Origin: an uncultured Eubacteriales bacterium | GTDB lineage: Bacteria > Bacillota > Clostridia > Lachnospirales > Lachnospiraceae | DNA length: 64,000 bases | Assembly (NCBI GenBank): GCA_900319795.1 | Contig: ONPU01000007.1 | Location: 8,763 to 72,762, forward strand | Direction of reading: 5' to 3' | Shown here: positions 8,674 to 18,787 of the stretch, in pieces | How positions within the stretch are numbered: position 1 is the first letter of the stretch | How the letters are laid out: each line of letters opens with the position of its first letter | Translations under genes and position numbers: made by a program | The notes under the pieces: model-generated | Told to the model about the DNA's origin: nothing | The model's input: only the letters and a program-made list of their open reading frames with translations | Databases searched by the model: none

Positions 8674-10629
8674 ATGGAATTTACGGAAAAGAAATATCTG
8701 GAGAGGCTGTCGGAGCTGTATCCGACCATCGCGAGCGCGTCGACGGAGATTATCAATCTGTCGTCCATTTTGAGCCTGCCCAAAGGGACGGAGCATTTTA
8801 TTACGGATGTGCACGGCGAATTTGAGGCATTTTCGCATGTGCTGAGAAACGGCTCGGGCGCGGTCCGCAAGAAAATCACCGAAGTCTACGGGAAGACGCT
8901 GTCGGAAGCGGATATCCGCGAGCTGTCGACGCTGGTCTATTATCCGGAGGAGAAAATCGATCTGGTGCGCCGCGGGAAGAGCGAAGAGGAGATGGATGAG
9001 TGGTACAAAATCATGCTCTACCGTCTCATCGCGGTCTGCAAATACACCGCGAGCAAGTACACCCGCAAAAAGCTCCGCAAACAGCTGCCGGAGGATTTCG
9101 CGTTTGTCATTGAAGAACTGATCACCGAAAAGGATGATATCGAGGACAAGGAAGCGTACTACGAGGAGATCATCAACACGATCATCCGGATCCGGCGCGC
9201 GGACCGCTTCATCATCGCCCTTTCCGAGCTGATTCCGCGGCTGACCGTGGATCATCTGCACATTCTCGGGGACATTTTCGACCGCGGGAGCGGAGCGGAT
9301 GACATTCTGGACAAGCTGATGGAGTACCACAGCCTCGATATCCAGTGGGGCAACCACGACATCGTCTGGATGGGCGCGGCGGCCGGCCAGCTCTGCTGCA
9401 TCGCCAATGTCGTGCGCGTCTGCGCCCGCTACGGCAACCTCGATACGCTTGAGGACGGCTACGGGATCAATCTGCTGCCGCTTGCGACATTTGCCATGAA
9501 AGTATACGGCGACGACCCCTGCGAATGCTTCCGCTTAAAGGACGGCAACTCCAGTTCGCTGGAAGAGCAGGAGCTGAACCGCAAGATTCACAAAGCCATT
9601 TCCGTGATCCAGTTCAAGCTTCAGGGACTGCTGGCCCGGAAGCGTCCGGAGTTCGGCATGCAGGACCGTGCCTGCATGGAAATGGTCGATTATGAAAATG
9701 GTACCTTTACCTGGAACGGCAAGACCTACCCGATGCTGGACACCAATTTCCCGACCGTGGATCCGCAGGACCCGAGCGCGCTCACAAATGACGAGCTTCA
9801 GGTCATGGAACGCTTAAGGTCGGCATTTACCGGATGCAGAAGGCTGCAGCAGCACATGCTGTTCCTTCTGAACAACGGATCGTTGTACAAGGTCGCCAAC
9901 GGCAACCTCCTCTACCACGGCTGCATGCCGCTCGATGAGGAGGGGCATTTCAAGGAAGTGCGCGTCTACGACAGGATGCTGAAGGGCAAGGCGCTTTACG
10001 ATCATCTGGACAGCTATGTGAGGAAGGCATTTTTCGCGACGAACCAGCTGCAGAAGGAAGCCGGCCAGGACATTCTCTGGTGGATCTGGTGCCACAGGGA
10101 CAGCCCGCTTTTCGGGAAGGAGAAAATGGCAACCTTCGAGCGCTATTTCCTCGCCGACAAAGAGCTCCACAAGGAAAAGAAGACCCCTTACTACGAGCTT
10201 CTCGACGACCGGCGGACCATCAACGCGATCATGAAGGAATTCGGCGTGACAGGCGACCACTGCCACATCGTCAACGGACACGTTCCGGTCAAGCGCGGCG
10301 AATCGCCGATTCACGCGGACGGGCGGCTCCTGGTCATCGACGGCGGCTTCTCCCGGGCCTATCAGGGCACGACGGGAATCGCCGGATACACGCTGATCTT
10401 CAATTCCCGAGGCATGCGTCTCGTCGCCCACGAACCGTTCACCTCTTCGGAGGACGCGATCCGCAACGGCACGGACATCCATTCCGACCGGGTCATGATC
10501 GAAAAATACGCGCAGAGGCTGCTCATCAAAGACACCGACACCGGCCAGCTCCTCACGGAGCGCATCGAAGAGCTGGAGGCCCTTCTCGAAGCATACCGGA
10601 GCGGTGAAATCGTGGAAAGAAGCAAATGA
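8674..10629 (+). CDS. fbp: fructose-1,6-bisphosphatase class III
   Basis: LPKGTEHFITDVHGE, GDIFDRG, QWGNHD, VIDGGFSRAYQ; start at MEFTEKK. Confidence 0.9.
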   Translation: MEFTEKKYLERLSELYPTIASASTEIINLSSILSLPKGTEHFITDVHGEFEAFSHVLRNGSGAVRKKITEVYGKTLSEADIRELSTLVYYPEEKIDLVRRGKSEEEMDEWYKIMLYRLIAVCKYTASKYTRKKLRKQLPEDFAFVIEELITEKDDIEDKEAYYEEIINTIIRIRRADRFIIALSELIPRLTVDHLHILGDIFDRGSGADDILDKLMEYHSLDIQWGNHDIVWMGAAAGQLCCIANVVRVCARYGNLDTLEDGYGINLLPLATFAMKVYGDDPCECFRLKDGNSSSLEEQELNRKIHKAISVIQFKLQGLLARKRPEFGMQDRACMEMVDYENGTFTWNGKTYPMLDTNFPTVDPQDPSALTNDELQVMERLRSAFTGCRRLQQHMLFLLNNGSLYKVANGNLLYHGCMPLDEEGHFKEVRVYDRMLKGKALYDHLDSYVRKAFFATNQLQKEAGQDILWWIWCHRDSPLFGKEKMATFERYFLADKELHKEKKTPYYELLDDRRTINAIMKEFGVTGDHCHIVNGHVPVKRGESPIHADGRLLVIDGGFSRAYQGTTGIAGYTLIFNSRGMRLVAHEPFTSSEDAIRNGTDIHSDRVMIEKYAQRLLIKDTDTGQLLTERIEELEALLEAYRSGEIVERSK

Positions 10630-10641
10630 TGAGGTAGGAAC

Positions 10642-11523
10642 ATGAATTTTTCATTTGAAATATTTCCCCCGAAAACGGACAAGGGATTTGAGAAACTCTG
10701 CTCGGACGGCGGCGTTCTGGACCAGCTGAATGAGCTGAATCCCGCCTACATCTCCGTCACTTACGGGGCCGGCGGAACCGGCATCGGCCGGAACATGGCC
10801 GTGCTGAAGAAAATCGCCGAGAGCAAGCGCTCTCTTCCGGTTACGCACTATACCTGCATCAACAATTCGGTCGAGGGAGTCCGTGAGGAGTTCAATACAT
10901 TTTTGGAAAATGGCATCTCTCACGTCCTCGCCTTGCGTGGCGACATTCCGAGAGGTCAGCCGGATACCGGCGGCGCCTTCCAGCACTCATCCGAACTGGT
11001 CCGTTTTCTGAAAAATGAATACGGCAGCCGCATCCACATCGCCGTGGCCGGCCTTCCGGAAGGACATATAGAGAGTTCGGATTTCCACAAGGACATCCGC
11101 TTCCTCAAAATGAAGCAGGACGAAGGCGCCGAAAGAATCATCACGCAGCTCTGCTGGGATATGGAACAGTTCAAGCGCTGGTATGACACGATCCGGCACG
11201 AAGGCATCACCATGCCGGTGGACATCGGCGTCATGCCGGTTCTGGATCCGGCCGTGACGATCCGCATGGCGCTCAGCAACAACGGCTGCGCGATTCCGGC
11301 GGACCTGGCGCGGATCATTTCCCGGCACTGGCTGAGGCCGCATGTGTTTAACCCGGAAGAGGATCAGGAGACCATGGAGTTAAGGCTCAGGGATTTCCGC
11401 GACGAGGGGATGGCGTATACGATCCGGCAGTGCAGGGAGTACAAGAAGCTCGGGCCGGCGGGGATTCATCTTTACGTGCTGAATAAGGCGGATGTGGCGC
11501 GGAAGATCCTGCGCGAGGTGTAG
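10642..11523 (+). CDS. metF: methylenetetrahydrofolate reductase
   Basis: FSFEIFPPK, SVTYGAGG, LALRGD, PEGH, IITQL. Confidence 0.85.
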   Translation: MNFSFEIFPPKTDKGFEKLCSDGGVLDQLNELNPAYISVTYGAGGTGIGRNMAVLKKIAESKRSLPVTHYTCINNSVEGVREEFNTFLENGISHVLALRGDIPRGQPDTGGAFQHSSELVRFLKNEYGSRIHIAVAGLPEGHIESSDFHKDIRFLKMKQDEGAERIITQLCWDMEQFKRWYDTIRHEGITMPVDIGVMPVLDPAVTIRMALSNNGCAIPADLARIISRHWLRPHVFNPEEDQETMELRLRDFRDEGMAYTIRQCREYKKLGPAGIHLYVLNKADVARKILREV

Positions 11524-11524
11524 G

Positions 11525-11777
11525 GCTGATTGCTCGCCGAAGTAAGCTAAGATAATTATATAAACAATCCAGACGGCTTCCGCGCGAAGAACTTCTAACC
11601 TCCCCGAAAATTGCTAAAACCGTTCGAAAAAATCGCAAACTCGCTTCGCTCAAACAGTGCTGATTTTTTCGAACAACACAATTTCCGGCGAGCTAAGAAG
11701 TACTAATCACTTGTGCAGATGTCTGGATTGTTTATACAATTATCTTTAGCATTACTTCAGGCATCGCAATCTTCAGC
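11525..11777. repeat. ~255-nt imperfect rod-like inverted repeat (MITE/REP-like element or structured RNA)
   Basis: Nested arms pair along the whole length, e.g. TATAAACAATCCAGAC/GTCTGGATTGTTTATA and GTTCGAAAAAATC/GATTTTTTCGAAC; apical loop AACTCGCTTCGCTCAAACAG. Confidence 0.75.
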
Positions 11778-11874
11778 ACTGTAAGCCGTAAGGTTCACCG
11801 ACTCAATGAAATTATCGATATAAATAATACTATAAAAGACACAGAGCATAACAATACAATATAAGGAGTAGAGA

Positions 11875-13560
11875 ATGGCAGCTTATAAGACAGACATCGA
11901 AATCGCCCAGGAAGCCGAGATGCTTCCGATCACCGAAATCGCGAAAAAGGCCGGGATCGCGGAAGACGACCTGGAACTGTACGGCAAGTACAAAGCCAAG
12001 GCGGATCCGAAGAACGTGAGCGGGAAGAAAAACGGAAAACTGATCCTCGTGACGGCGATCAATCCGACGCCCGCGGGAGAGGGCAAGACGACTACGACAG
12101 TCGGCCTGGCAGACGGCCTTTCACGTCTCGGTAAAAATGTAATCGCGGCCCTCCGCGAGCCGTCCCTCGGCCCGGTGTTCGGCATCAAGGGCGGCGCGGC
12201 AGGCGGCGGCTATGCCCAGGTTGTTCCGATGGAGGACATCAACCTGCATTTTACGGGAGATTTTCATGCGATCGGAGCCGCGAACAATCTGCTCGCCGCG
12301 ATGATCGACAACCATATTCATCAGGGAAATGAGCTCAACATCGATCCCCGCAAGATCACCTGGAAGCGCTGCGTGGACATGAATGACCGCCAGCTCCGCC
12401 ACGTGGTCGACGGCCTCGGCGGACGTCTGGACGGCGTGCCGCGCGAGGACGGATTCGATATCACCGTCGCGTCCGAAATCATGGCGATTCTCTGCCTCGC
12501 GTCGGATATCAGCGATCTGAAGGAGCGCCTGGCCCGGATTGTCATCGGCTATACCTACGGAAAACCGTCGGAGCAGCAGCCCGTGACGGCGGGGCAGCTT
12601 CACGCGGAAGGAGCCATGGCGGCCCTTCTCAAGGAGGCCATCAAGCCGAATCTGGTGCAGACGCTTGAGCATACGCCTGTATTTGTCCATGGCGGCCCGT
12701 TCGCGAACATCGCACACGGATGCAATTCCGTCAGCGCGACAAAGCTCGCTCTGTCCCTTTCGGATTATACGGTAACGGAGGCCGGTTTCGGCGCGGACCT
12801 CGGAGCGGAGAAGTTCCTCGACATCAAATGCCGCATGGCAGGTCTTGTCCCCTCCGCGGTCGTGATCGTAGCGACAGCGCGCGCACTGAAATACAACGGC
12901 GGCGTCCCGAAAGCGGAAACGGGCAAGGAGAATCTTGAGGCGCTCGAAGCGGGTCTTCCGAACCTGTTGAAACACATTTCCAATATGAAAAATGTCTGGC
13001 ACCTGCCCTCGGTCGTCGCGATCAACCGTTTCCCGACCGATACGGAGGCGGAGCTTGCGCTCATCCGTGAAAAATGTGCCGAGTACGGTGCGAAGGCAGT
13101 CATTTCCGAAGTATGGGCGAAGGGCGGCGAAGGCGCGCTCGAGCTGGCGGAGGAAGTCGTGCGCCTGTGTGATACGGAAGAGAATCATTTTACATTTGCC
13201 TATGAAACAGATCTTCCGCTTAAGGAAAAGATCAACGCGATCGTGACAAAGGTCTACGGCGGGCGCGGCACTGTATTTACAGCCAATGCGGAAAAGCAGC
13301 TGAGTCAGCTGGAGAAGATGGGCTGCGGGGGCATGCCGGTCTGCATGGCCAAGACGCAGTATTCCCTGACCGACGATCCGAACGTGCTCGGCGCGCCGAC
13401 GGACTTCGACGTGACGGTGCGTGAGGTGAAGGTGTCGGCCGGAGCCGGATTTGTCGTCGCGCTGACCGGCGAGATCATGACGATGCCCGGCCTGCCGAAG
13501 AGACCGGCGGCTGAACGGATCGACATCGACGAAAACGGAGTGATTTCAGGACTCTTCTAA
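11875..13560 (+). CDS. fhs: formate-tetrahydrofolate ligase
   Basis: [37 protein letters not shown]. Confidence 0.95.
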   Translation: MAAYKTDIEIAQEAEMLPITEIAKKAGIAEDDLELYGKYKAKADPKNVSGKKNGKLILVTAINPTPAGEGKTTTTVGLADGLSRLGKNVIAALREPSLGPVFGIKGGAAGGGYAQVVPMEDINLHFTGDFHAIGAANNLLAAMIDNHIHQGNELNIDPRKITWKRCVDMNDRQLRHVVDGLGGRLDGVPREDGFDITVASEIMAILCLASDISDLKERLARIVIGYTYGKPSEQQPVTAGQLHAEGAMAALLKEAIKPNLVQTLEHTPVFVHGGPFANIAHGCNSVSATKLALSLSDYTVTEAGFGADLGAEKFLDIKCRMAGLVPSAVVIVATARALKYNGGVPKAETGKENLEALEAGLPNLLKHISNMKNVWHLPSVVAINRFPTDTEAELALIREKCAEYGAKAVISEVWAKGGEGALELAEEVVRLCDTEENHFTFAYETDLPLKEKINAIVTKVYGGRGTVFTANAEKQLSQLEKMGCGGMPVCMAKTQYSLTDDPNVLGAPTDFDVTVREVKVSAGAGFVVALTGEIMTMPGLPKRPAAERIDIDENGVISGLF

Positions 13561-13576
13561 GGGAAGGAACATTGCG

Positions 13577-14203
13577 ATGAGTGAGATCAGGGACTATACA
13601 AAAGCAAGCGTAGAGGAGTTCGCGAGCGTGCTGGCTTCGTCCGAACCGGCACCGGGCGGCGGCGGGGCATCGGCTGTTTGCGCGGCCCTCGGGTGTGCGC
13701 TCGGCGAGATGGTCGGCAGCCTGACCGTCGGCAAGAAGAGGTACGCCGATGTGGAAGACGAAATCCGGACCCTTATGGACGAGTGCAAGGCGCTGCGTGA
13801 AGAACTGCTGCGTCAGGTTCCGGCTGACGCGGAGGGCTTTCTTCCTTTGGCGAAGGCCTACGGAATTCCGAAGGACGACCCCTCCCGCGCCGAAAAACTG
13901 GAGGCCGCCACGCTCACTGCGTGCGAAGTACCTGTCCGGATCATGGAACTGTGCTGCGAGGTGATCGGAAAGATCGCAGTCTTCGCAGAGAAGGGCTCGC
14001 GGCTCGCTGTCTCCGACGCCGGCTGCGGCGCGGTCATGCTGGAGGCAGCCCTGAAGGCAGCATCTCTCAACGTGTTCATTAACACAAAGTCCCTGAAGGA
14101 CAGGGAAAAGGCTGCGGAGATCAACGCCCATGTCGAGGAGATGCTGGCGCAGTACGGAGAGCTTGCGGAGCGGATATTTCTTGGTGTGAGAGAGCAGATG
14201 TAA
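13577..14203 (+). CDS. fchA: methenyl-THF cyclohydrolase / formiminotransferase-cyclodeaminase C-terminal family
   Basis: PAPGGGGASA, MVGSLTVGKKRY, NVFINT; lies between fhs and folD. Confidence 0.85.
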   Translation: MSEIRDYTKASVEEFASVLASSEPAPGGGGASAVCAALGCALGEMVGSLTVGKKRYADVEDEIRTLMDECKALREELLRQVPADAEGFLPLAKAYGIPKDDPSRAEKLEAATLTACEVPVRIMELCCEVIGKIAVFAEKGSRLAVSDAGCGAVMLEAALKAASLNVFINTKSLKDREKAAEINAHVEEMLAQYGELAERIFLGVREQM

Positions 14204-14299
14204 GACAGTGGGGACAGTCCCCACTGTCTTATGCTGAAAAACCGGGACTTTTCCTTGCTTTTTTTTGGCCAGACACCGGGGACTGTCCCCAGTGTCTTA
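14201..14299. repeat. two family A elements (14201-14231, 14269-14299)
   Basis: First copy begins at the fchA TAA stop; second is CCAGACA-CCG-GGGAC-T-GTCCC-CAG-TGTCTTA. Confidence 0.9.
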
Positions 14300-14313
14300 T
14301 GAAAGGATGGATT

Positions 14314-15213
14314 ATGGCAAAGATACTGAGCGGGAAGGAAACCGCGGAGGCGTTGAACCAGGAACTGAAAGAGAAGTGCGAAGCGCTGAGAGCCGAAGGG
14401 AGTGAGCCGCGCCTTGCGATTGTGCGGGTGGGAGAGAACCCGTCGGATCTTTCTTATGAGCGGGGCGTTCTGAAGAGGGCGGCCGAGGTCGGTGTGGAGG
14501 TCGTAAGGATCGTACTTCCGGATGTCACCGAGATGAAAGCGGAAGAGCTGAAGGAGAAGCTGATTGGGACACTGAAGGAACTGAATCAGCGCGACGATGT
14601 CCACGGCGTTCTGATGTTCCGGCCCCTGCCCGGGGACCTGAGGCAGTATGAGCATGAAATCTGCAACACGCTCGCGCCGGAAAAGGACGTGGATTCCATG
14701 ACGGATGTCAGCCAGGCAGCGGTCTACCTGGGTCAGAAGGTCGGGTTCCCGCCCTGTACGCCGGAGGCCTGCATCCGCATTCTCGACCATTACGGCATCG
14801 ATCCGAAGGGCATGGAGACCACGATCATCGGAAGGTCTCTCGTAGTCGGGAAGCCGCTTGCGATGATGCTTCTTGCCCGGAACGCGACCGTGACGACCTG
14901 CCACACCCGCACGAAGGACGTGGCGGCGTGTGCAAGGCGCGCGGAATTGCTGATTTCGTCTGCCGGGGTCCTGAAAAGTCTGACAAGGGATTATGTCAAC
15001 CAGGATCAGATCGTGATCGATGTCTCCATCAACTGGGATCCGGACAAGAAAGAGGGAAAAGGCGGCATCGCCGGTGACGCTGATTTTGAAAATGTAGAGC
15101 CATACGTCCGCGCCATCACCCCCGTCCCGGGCGGCGTCGGAGCCGTCACGACATCCGTGCTTCTCACCCATGTCGCGGAAGCATGTTTGAAAATGCAGCA
15201 GCTGAGCAAATAA
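14314..15213 (+). CDS. folD: methylene-THF dehydrogenase/cyclohydrolase
   Basis: KDVD, PCTP, IGRSLVVGKP, ITPVPGGVG. Confidence 0.9.
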   Translation: MAKILSGKETAEALNQELKEKCEALRAEGSEPRLAIVRVGENPSDLSYERGVLKRAAEVGVEVVRIVLPDVTEMKAEELKEKLIGTLKELNQRDDVHGVLMFRPLPGDLRQYEHEICNTLAPEKDVDSMTDVSQAAVYLGQKVGFPPCTPEACIRILDHYGIDPKGMETTIIGRSLVVGKPLAMMLLARNATVTTCHTRTKDVAACARRAELLISSAGVLKSLTRDYVNQDQIVIDVSINWDPDKKEGKGGIAGDADFENVEPYVRAITPVPGGVGAVTTSVLLTHVAEACLKMQQLSK

Positions 15214-15219
15214 ATCAGG

Positions 15220-16023
15220 TCACTCTTTCACATAGTAATGCCGCTCAATCCACTTCGACAGTCCGTCAAGGCCCGGATAGATCGTCCGCTCGCTGATATT
15301 CAGCTGATCCAGAAGATCGCGGGTCTGCCAGCGCAGCTCTTTTTTAATCAGATAGCGGACCGTCCGGTTGGTATGTTCTGCCAGAAACCGTTCAATATCC
15401 TCCATATCCGAAGGTATGATGCCGAAAAATGAATACTGATTGATAATGCGCTGTTCCAGAGACGGCGGCTCTACAATCAGCATGGCCCGGTCTTTCATAT
15501 CCTCGTCATATTCTTCAGGCCCGGAGCAGGCTTCCTGAAGCATTTTCAGGGAGAAGACGGTGGTGCCTTCCTTTTCCATGACGCGCTGATATTTCTCCGG
15601 AAGAAGCTCGTGGAGTTCGTTGACGTCAATTCTCCAGACAACGCAGTCATGATCGTCCATCTTGTCCAGATTGTGTTCGCTGAGCGCGAAATGCAGGCTC
15701 GTCAAAGGCGAGAAGGACCAGTCCAGCAGCCTTGTCGGAAGACCGTAATGCTGTCCCAGAATCATCTGCCTCCACACGCTGCCTTCGATGGAGGGCTCTT
15801 CGTAGAGGGCGTATTTTGTAAAATTCGACAGAATCATTTTCTCAAGATTTCTGCTCTTGGATTTGCAGACGCGCTTCAGGGAGGAGACAATCCTGAAATC
15901 ACTGTTCGACATGCCGCGGTAGACGTGCAGTGAACGGAAGCGGTCCAGGTCCGGGCGGTAGTGCTGTTCCAGCAGAATGTTCGAAATTCCGAACATGTCA
16001 TCTATTACCACTGTCTTATACAT
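15220..16023 (-). CDS. FRG domain protein
   Basis: VYRG, QHYGLPTRLLDWS, RIINQ, IYPGLDG; start at MYKTVV after a GGGAG RBS. Confidence 0.85.
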   Translation of the reverse strand: MYKTVVIDDMFGISNILLEQHYRPDLDRFRSLHVYRGMSNSDFRIVSSLKRVCKSKSRNLEKMILSNFTKYALYEEPSIEGSVWRQMILGQHYGLPTRLLDWSFSPLTSLHFALSEHNLDKMDDHDCVVWRIDVNELHELLPEKYQRVMEKEGTTVFSLKMLQEACSGPEEYDEDMKDRAMLIVEPPSLEQRIINQYSFFGIIPSDMEDIERFLAEHTNRTVRYLIKKELRWQTRDLLDQLNISERTIYPGLDGLSKWIERHYYVKE

Positions 16024-16246
16024 GTTTTTTGCTCCCTTCGCAGTTTTGGCTGCACAGATTTTGATAGATTTATTATACATGAAAATAACACTTCAGAGCC
16101 GATTTGACTGAATATTTCTGTTCTTCGGGTATATTCTCTGATATAGTAGAAATGCAATACCGATCAGTTTTCAGATAGAAAATGGAACACCAATAACAAA
16201 ATCCAGATTTCAGGCAGCCGGATCGGATCTGCCGACGGAGGTCACT

Positions 16247-18685
16247 ATGCAGTACGGTTATTTTGACAATGAAAAGCGCGAATATGTGATTACAAGGCCG
16301 GACACCCCGGAACCATGGGCGAATTACCTCGGCTCGCCGGAATACGGCGCGCTGATTTCAAATAACGCAGGCGGTTACAGCTTCGTGAAATCGGGCGCGA
16401 ATGGCCGCATCCTTCGCTATTATTTCAATGATTTCGACCAGCCGGGCCGCTATATCTATATCCGTGACGACGAAAGCAAAGACTACTGGTCCGCGAGCTG
16501 GCAGCCGGTCGGCAAGCCTCTCGATCTCTATGAATCTCGCTGCCGCCACGGCCTCGGCTATACCGAGATTGAAGCCGCCTACAGCGGGATTGAGACAAAG
16601 GCGCTTTACTACGTTCCGGACGGCAAGACCTACGAGGTCTGGCGCCTCCGCGTCACGAACAAATCCGACCGCGCAAGGAAGCTCACGCTGACCGGATTCG
16701 CCGAATTTACGAACAATAAAAACTACGAGCAGGACCTTGTGAACCTGCAGTATTCGCGTTTCATCACGTCGACGGAATTCCGCGACAACAGGATCATCCA
16801 GTATGTCCACGCGAATATCGCGGGCAAGGGCGGCAGCGACGGAAATGATTTCGAAGAACGCTTCCTCGCCCTCATCGGCGCGCCGGTTTCGTCATGCACG
16901 GGCGAGCGGGAATCATTTTTAGGAAAATATCGCGGCTACGGCAACCCCAAGGGTGTCGAAGACGGCGAACTCGACGGCAAAATGAACTACGGCGGCTTCC
17001 CCGTCGCCGCGCTCTCCGCGAAGGCGGAACTGGCCCCCGGCGAGACAAAGACGATTGCCTTTATCCTCGGAGCGAAGAGCCATGAAGAGCAGGAGGAAAT
17101 TATTGCGTCCTATCTCGGAAACAAAGAAGGTACTTCGAACGGAGCCTCCGCGATCGACGCCCGGTGCGACGCCGAAATCGAGCAGCTGAAAGCCCTCTGG
17201 AACGGAAGACTGGAAGCTCTCCAGGTGAAGACGCCGTCTCCGGAATTCGATACGATGATCAATATCTGGAATGCCTATAACTGCTACATGACCTTCATCT
17301 GGTCCCGCGCGGCTTCCTTCATCTACTGCGGCCTTCGCAACGGCTACGGCTACCGCGATACCGTACAGGACATCCAGGGAATTATTCACCTCGCGCCGCA
17401 GATGGCGAGAGAGAAGATCGAGTTCATGCTCTCCGCCCAGGTCCACCACGGCGGCGGTCTGCCGCTTGTGAAGTTCACGCATAACGCGGGCCATGAAGAC
17501 ACGCCCGAGGACGAATCCTATGTGCGCGAGACCGGGCATCCGGCCTACCGCGCGGACGACGCGCTGTGGCTGTTCCCGACGGTGTGGAAATACATTTCCG
17601 AGACCGGCGATAAAGCATTTTTAAAGAAAATGATCCTGTTCGCGGACAAGGACGAAGGGACGGTTTACGAGCATTTAAAGAGAGCGATCGCATTTTCCGA
17701 AAACCATCTCGGCCCGCACGGAATGCCCGCCGGCCTGCACGCGGACTGGAATGACTGCTTAAGACTCGGCGCCAACGGCGAATCCAGTTTCGTCGCGTTC
17801 CAGTTCTACTACGCGCTGAAGATCATGCGCGAGTTTGCCTACATTACCGGCGACACCGCATACGCGGACGAACTTACGAAGCGGATCCGCGAGTTCGGCG
17901 AGCTGGTCAACGGCCTCTGCTGGGACGAGGACCGCTACATCCGCGGCTTCAAGGAGGACGGCACGGTCATCGGCGCGCGCACGGACAAAGAGGCGAATAT
18001 CTGGCTCAATCCGCAGAGCTGGGCCGTCATCAGCGGCGCGGCCGATGAGGAGAAAGCGGAGAAGGCGCTGGAGACGGCCTACAGCCGGCTGAATACCGCG
18101 TACGGGCGCGAGGTGATGGATCCGCCTTACAAGGAGGAGGCATTTGATGGCGCGCTCATGGTCATTTTCAATCAGGGAATGAAGGAGAACGCGGGCATTT
18201 TCTCCCAGACGCAGGGCTGGGCGATCCTGGCGGACGCGCTGAAGGGCCACGGGGAGAGAGCATTTTCATGCTTTATGGAAAACGCCCCCTCCGCGCAGAA
18301 CGACAAAGCCGAAATCCGCGGAATCGAACCTTACTGTTACGGCCAGTTTACCGAAGGCCACAGGAGCCCGCACCACGGCCGCTCGCATGTGCACTGGCTG
18401 ACCGGCACCGCTTCGACCGTGATGGTCGGCTGCGTCGAGGGAATCCTCGGCCTTCGCCCGGATCCGGACGGCATCCGCATTTCGCCCGCGATCCCGAAGG
18501 AATGGCCCGGTTTCGAGATGGAAAAGACCTTCCGCGGCAAGAAGCTCCACATCCGCGTGGTTAACGAAAATCACAAGGAAAGCGGCTGCAACGCGATGTA
18601 CCTGAACGGTTCCTTGGTGCAGGGAAATTATATTACCGAGGAAGAACTTCGGGATGAGAATGAAATCATTTACCATCTTTCATAA
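16247..18685 (+). CDS. GH94 glycoside phosphorylase (cellobiose/cellodextrin/chitobiose phosphorylase family)
   Basis: YGYFDNEKREYVIT, GYRDTVQD, ADWNDCL, KENAGIF, HWLTGTAS. Confidence 0.9.
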   Translation: MQYGYFDNEKREYVITRPDTPEPWANYLGSPEYGALISNNAGGYSFVKSGANGRILRYYFNDFDQPGRYIYIRDDESKDYWSASWQPVGKPLDLYESRCRHGLGYTEIEAAYSGIETKALYYVPDGKTYEVWRLRVTNKSDRARKLTLTGFAEFTNNKNYEQDLVNLQYSRFITSTEFRDNRIIQYVHANIAGKGGSDGNDFEERFLALIGAPVSSCTGERESFLGKYRGYGNPKGVEDGELDGKMNYGGFPVAALSAKAELAPGETKTIAFILGAKSHEEQEEIIASYLGNKEGTSNGASAIDARCDAEIEQLKALWNGRLEALQVKTPSPEFDTMINIWNAYNCYMTFIWSRAASFIYCGLRNGYGYRDTVQDIQGIIHLAPQMAREKIEFMLSAQVHHGGGLPLVKFTHNAGHEDTPEDESYVRETGHPAYRADDALWLFPTVWKYISETGDKAFLKKMILFADKDEGTVYEHLKRAIAFSENHLGPHGMPAGLHADWNDCLRLGANGESSFVAFQFYYALKIMREFAYITGDTAYADELTKRIREFGELVNGLCWDEDRYIRGFKEDGTVIGARTDKEANIWLNPQSWAVISGAADEEKAEKALETAYSRLNTAYGREVMDPPYKEEAFDGALMVIFNQGMKENAGIFSQTQGWAILADALKGHGERAFSCFMENAPSAQNDKAEIRGIEPYCYGQFTEGHRSPHHGRSHVHWLTGTASTVMVGCVEGILGLRPDPDGIRISPAIPKEWPGFEMEKTFRGKKLHIRVVNENHKESGCNAMYLNGSLVQGNYITEEELRDENEIIYHLS

Positions 18686-18698
18686 GTTGTGCTATAAT
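18669..18698 (+). promoter_or_regulatory. sigma-A-like promoter upstream of thrS
   Basis: TTTACC, then TGcTATAAT (extended -10) ending at 18698. Confidence 0.5.
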
Positions 18699-18715
18699 CA
18701 GGAACATGTTTACGG

Positions 18716-18747
18716 GAAATGAGCCCCTGACAGGGGTTCATTTTTCT
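18716..18747 (+). terminator. terminator-like hairpin between the GH94 gene and thrS
   Basis: AAATGAGCCCCT-GAC-AGGGGTTCATTT followed by T-run. Confidence 0.55.
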
Positions 18748-18787
18748 GGAAATGACAAAAGTGATACACCGGGAGGAAAAATTTAAA

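Noticed and set aside
11524-11874. THF or ZTP (pfl) riboswitch before fhs
   Set aside because: No recognisable consensus; the region is one long inverted repeat.
11884-11893. Family A arm (TATAAGACAG) at the fhs start
   Set aside because: It encodes the conserved YKTDIEIA N-terminus; coincidental.
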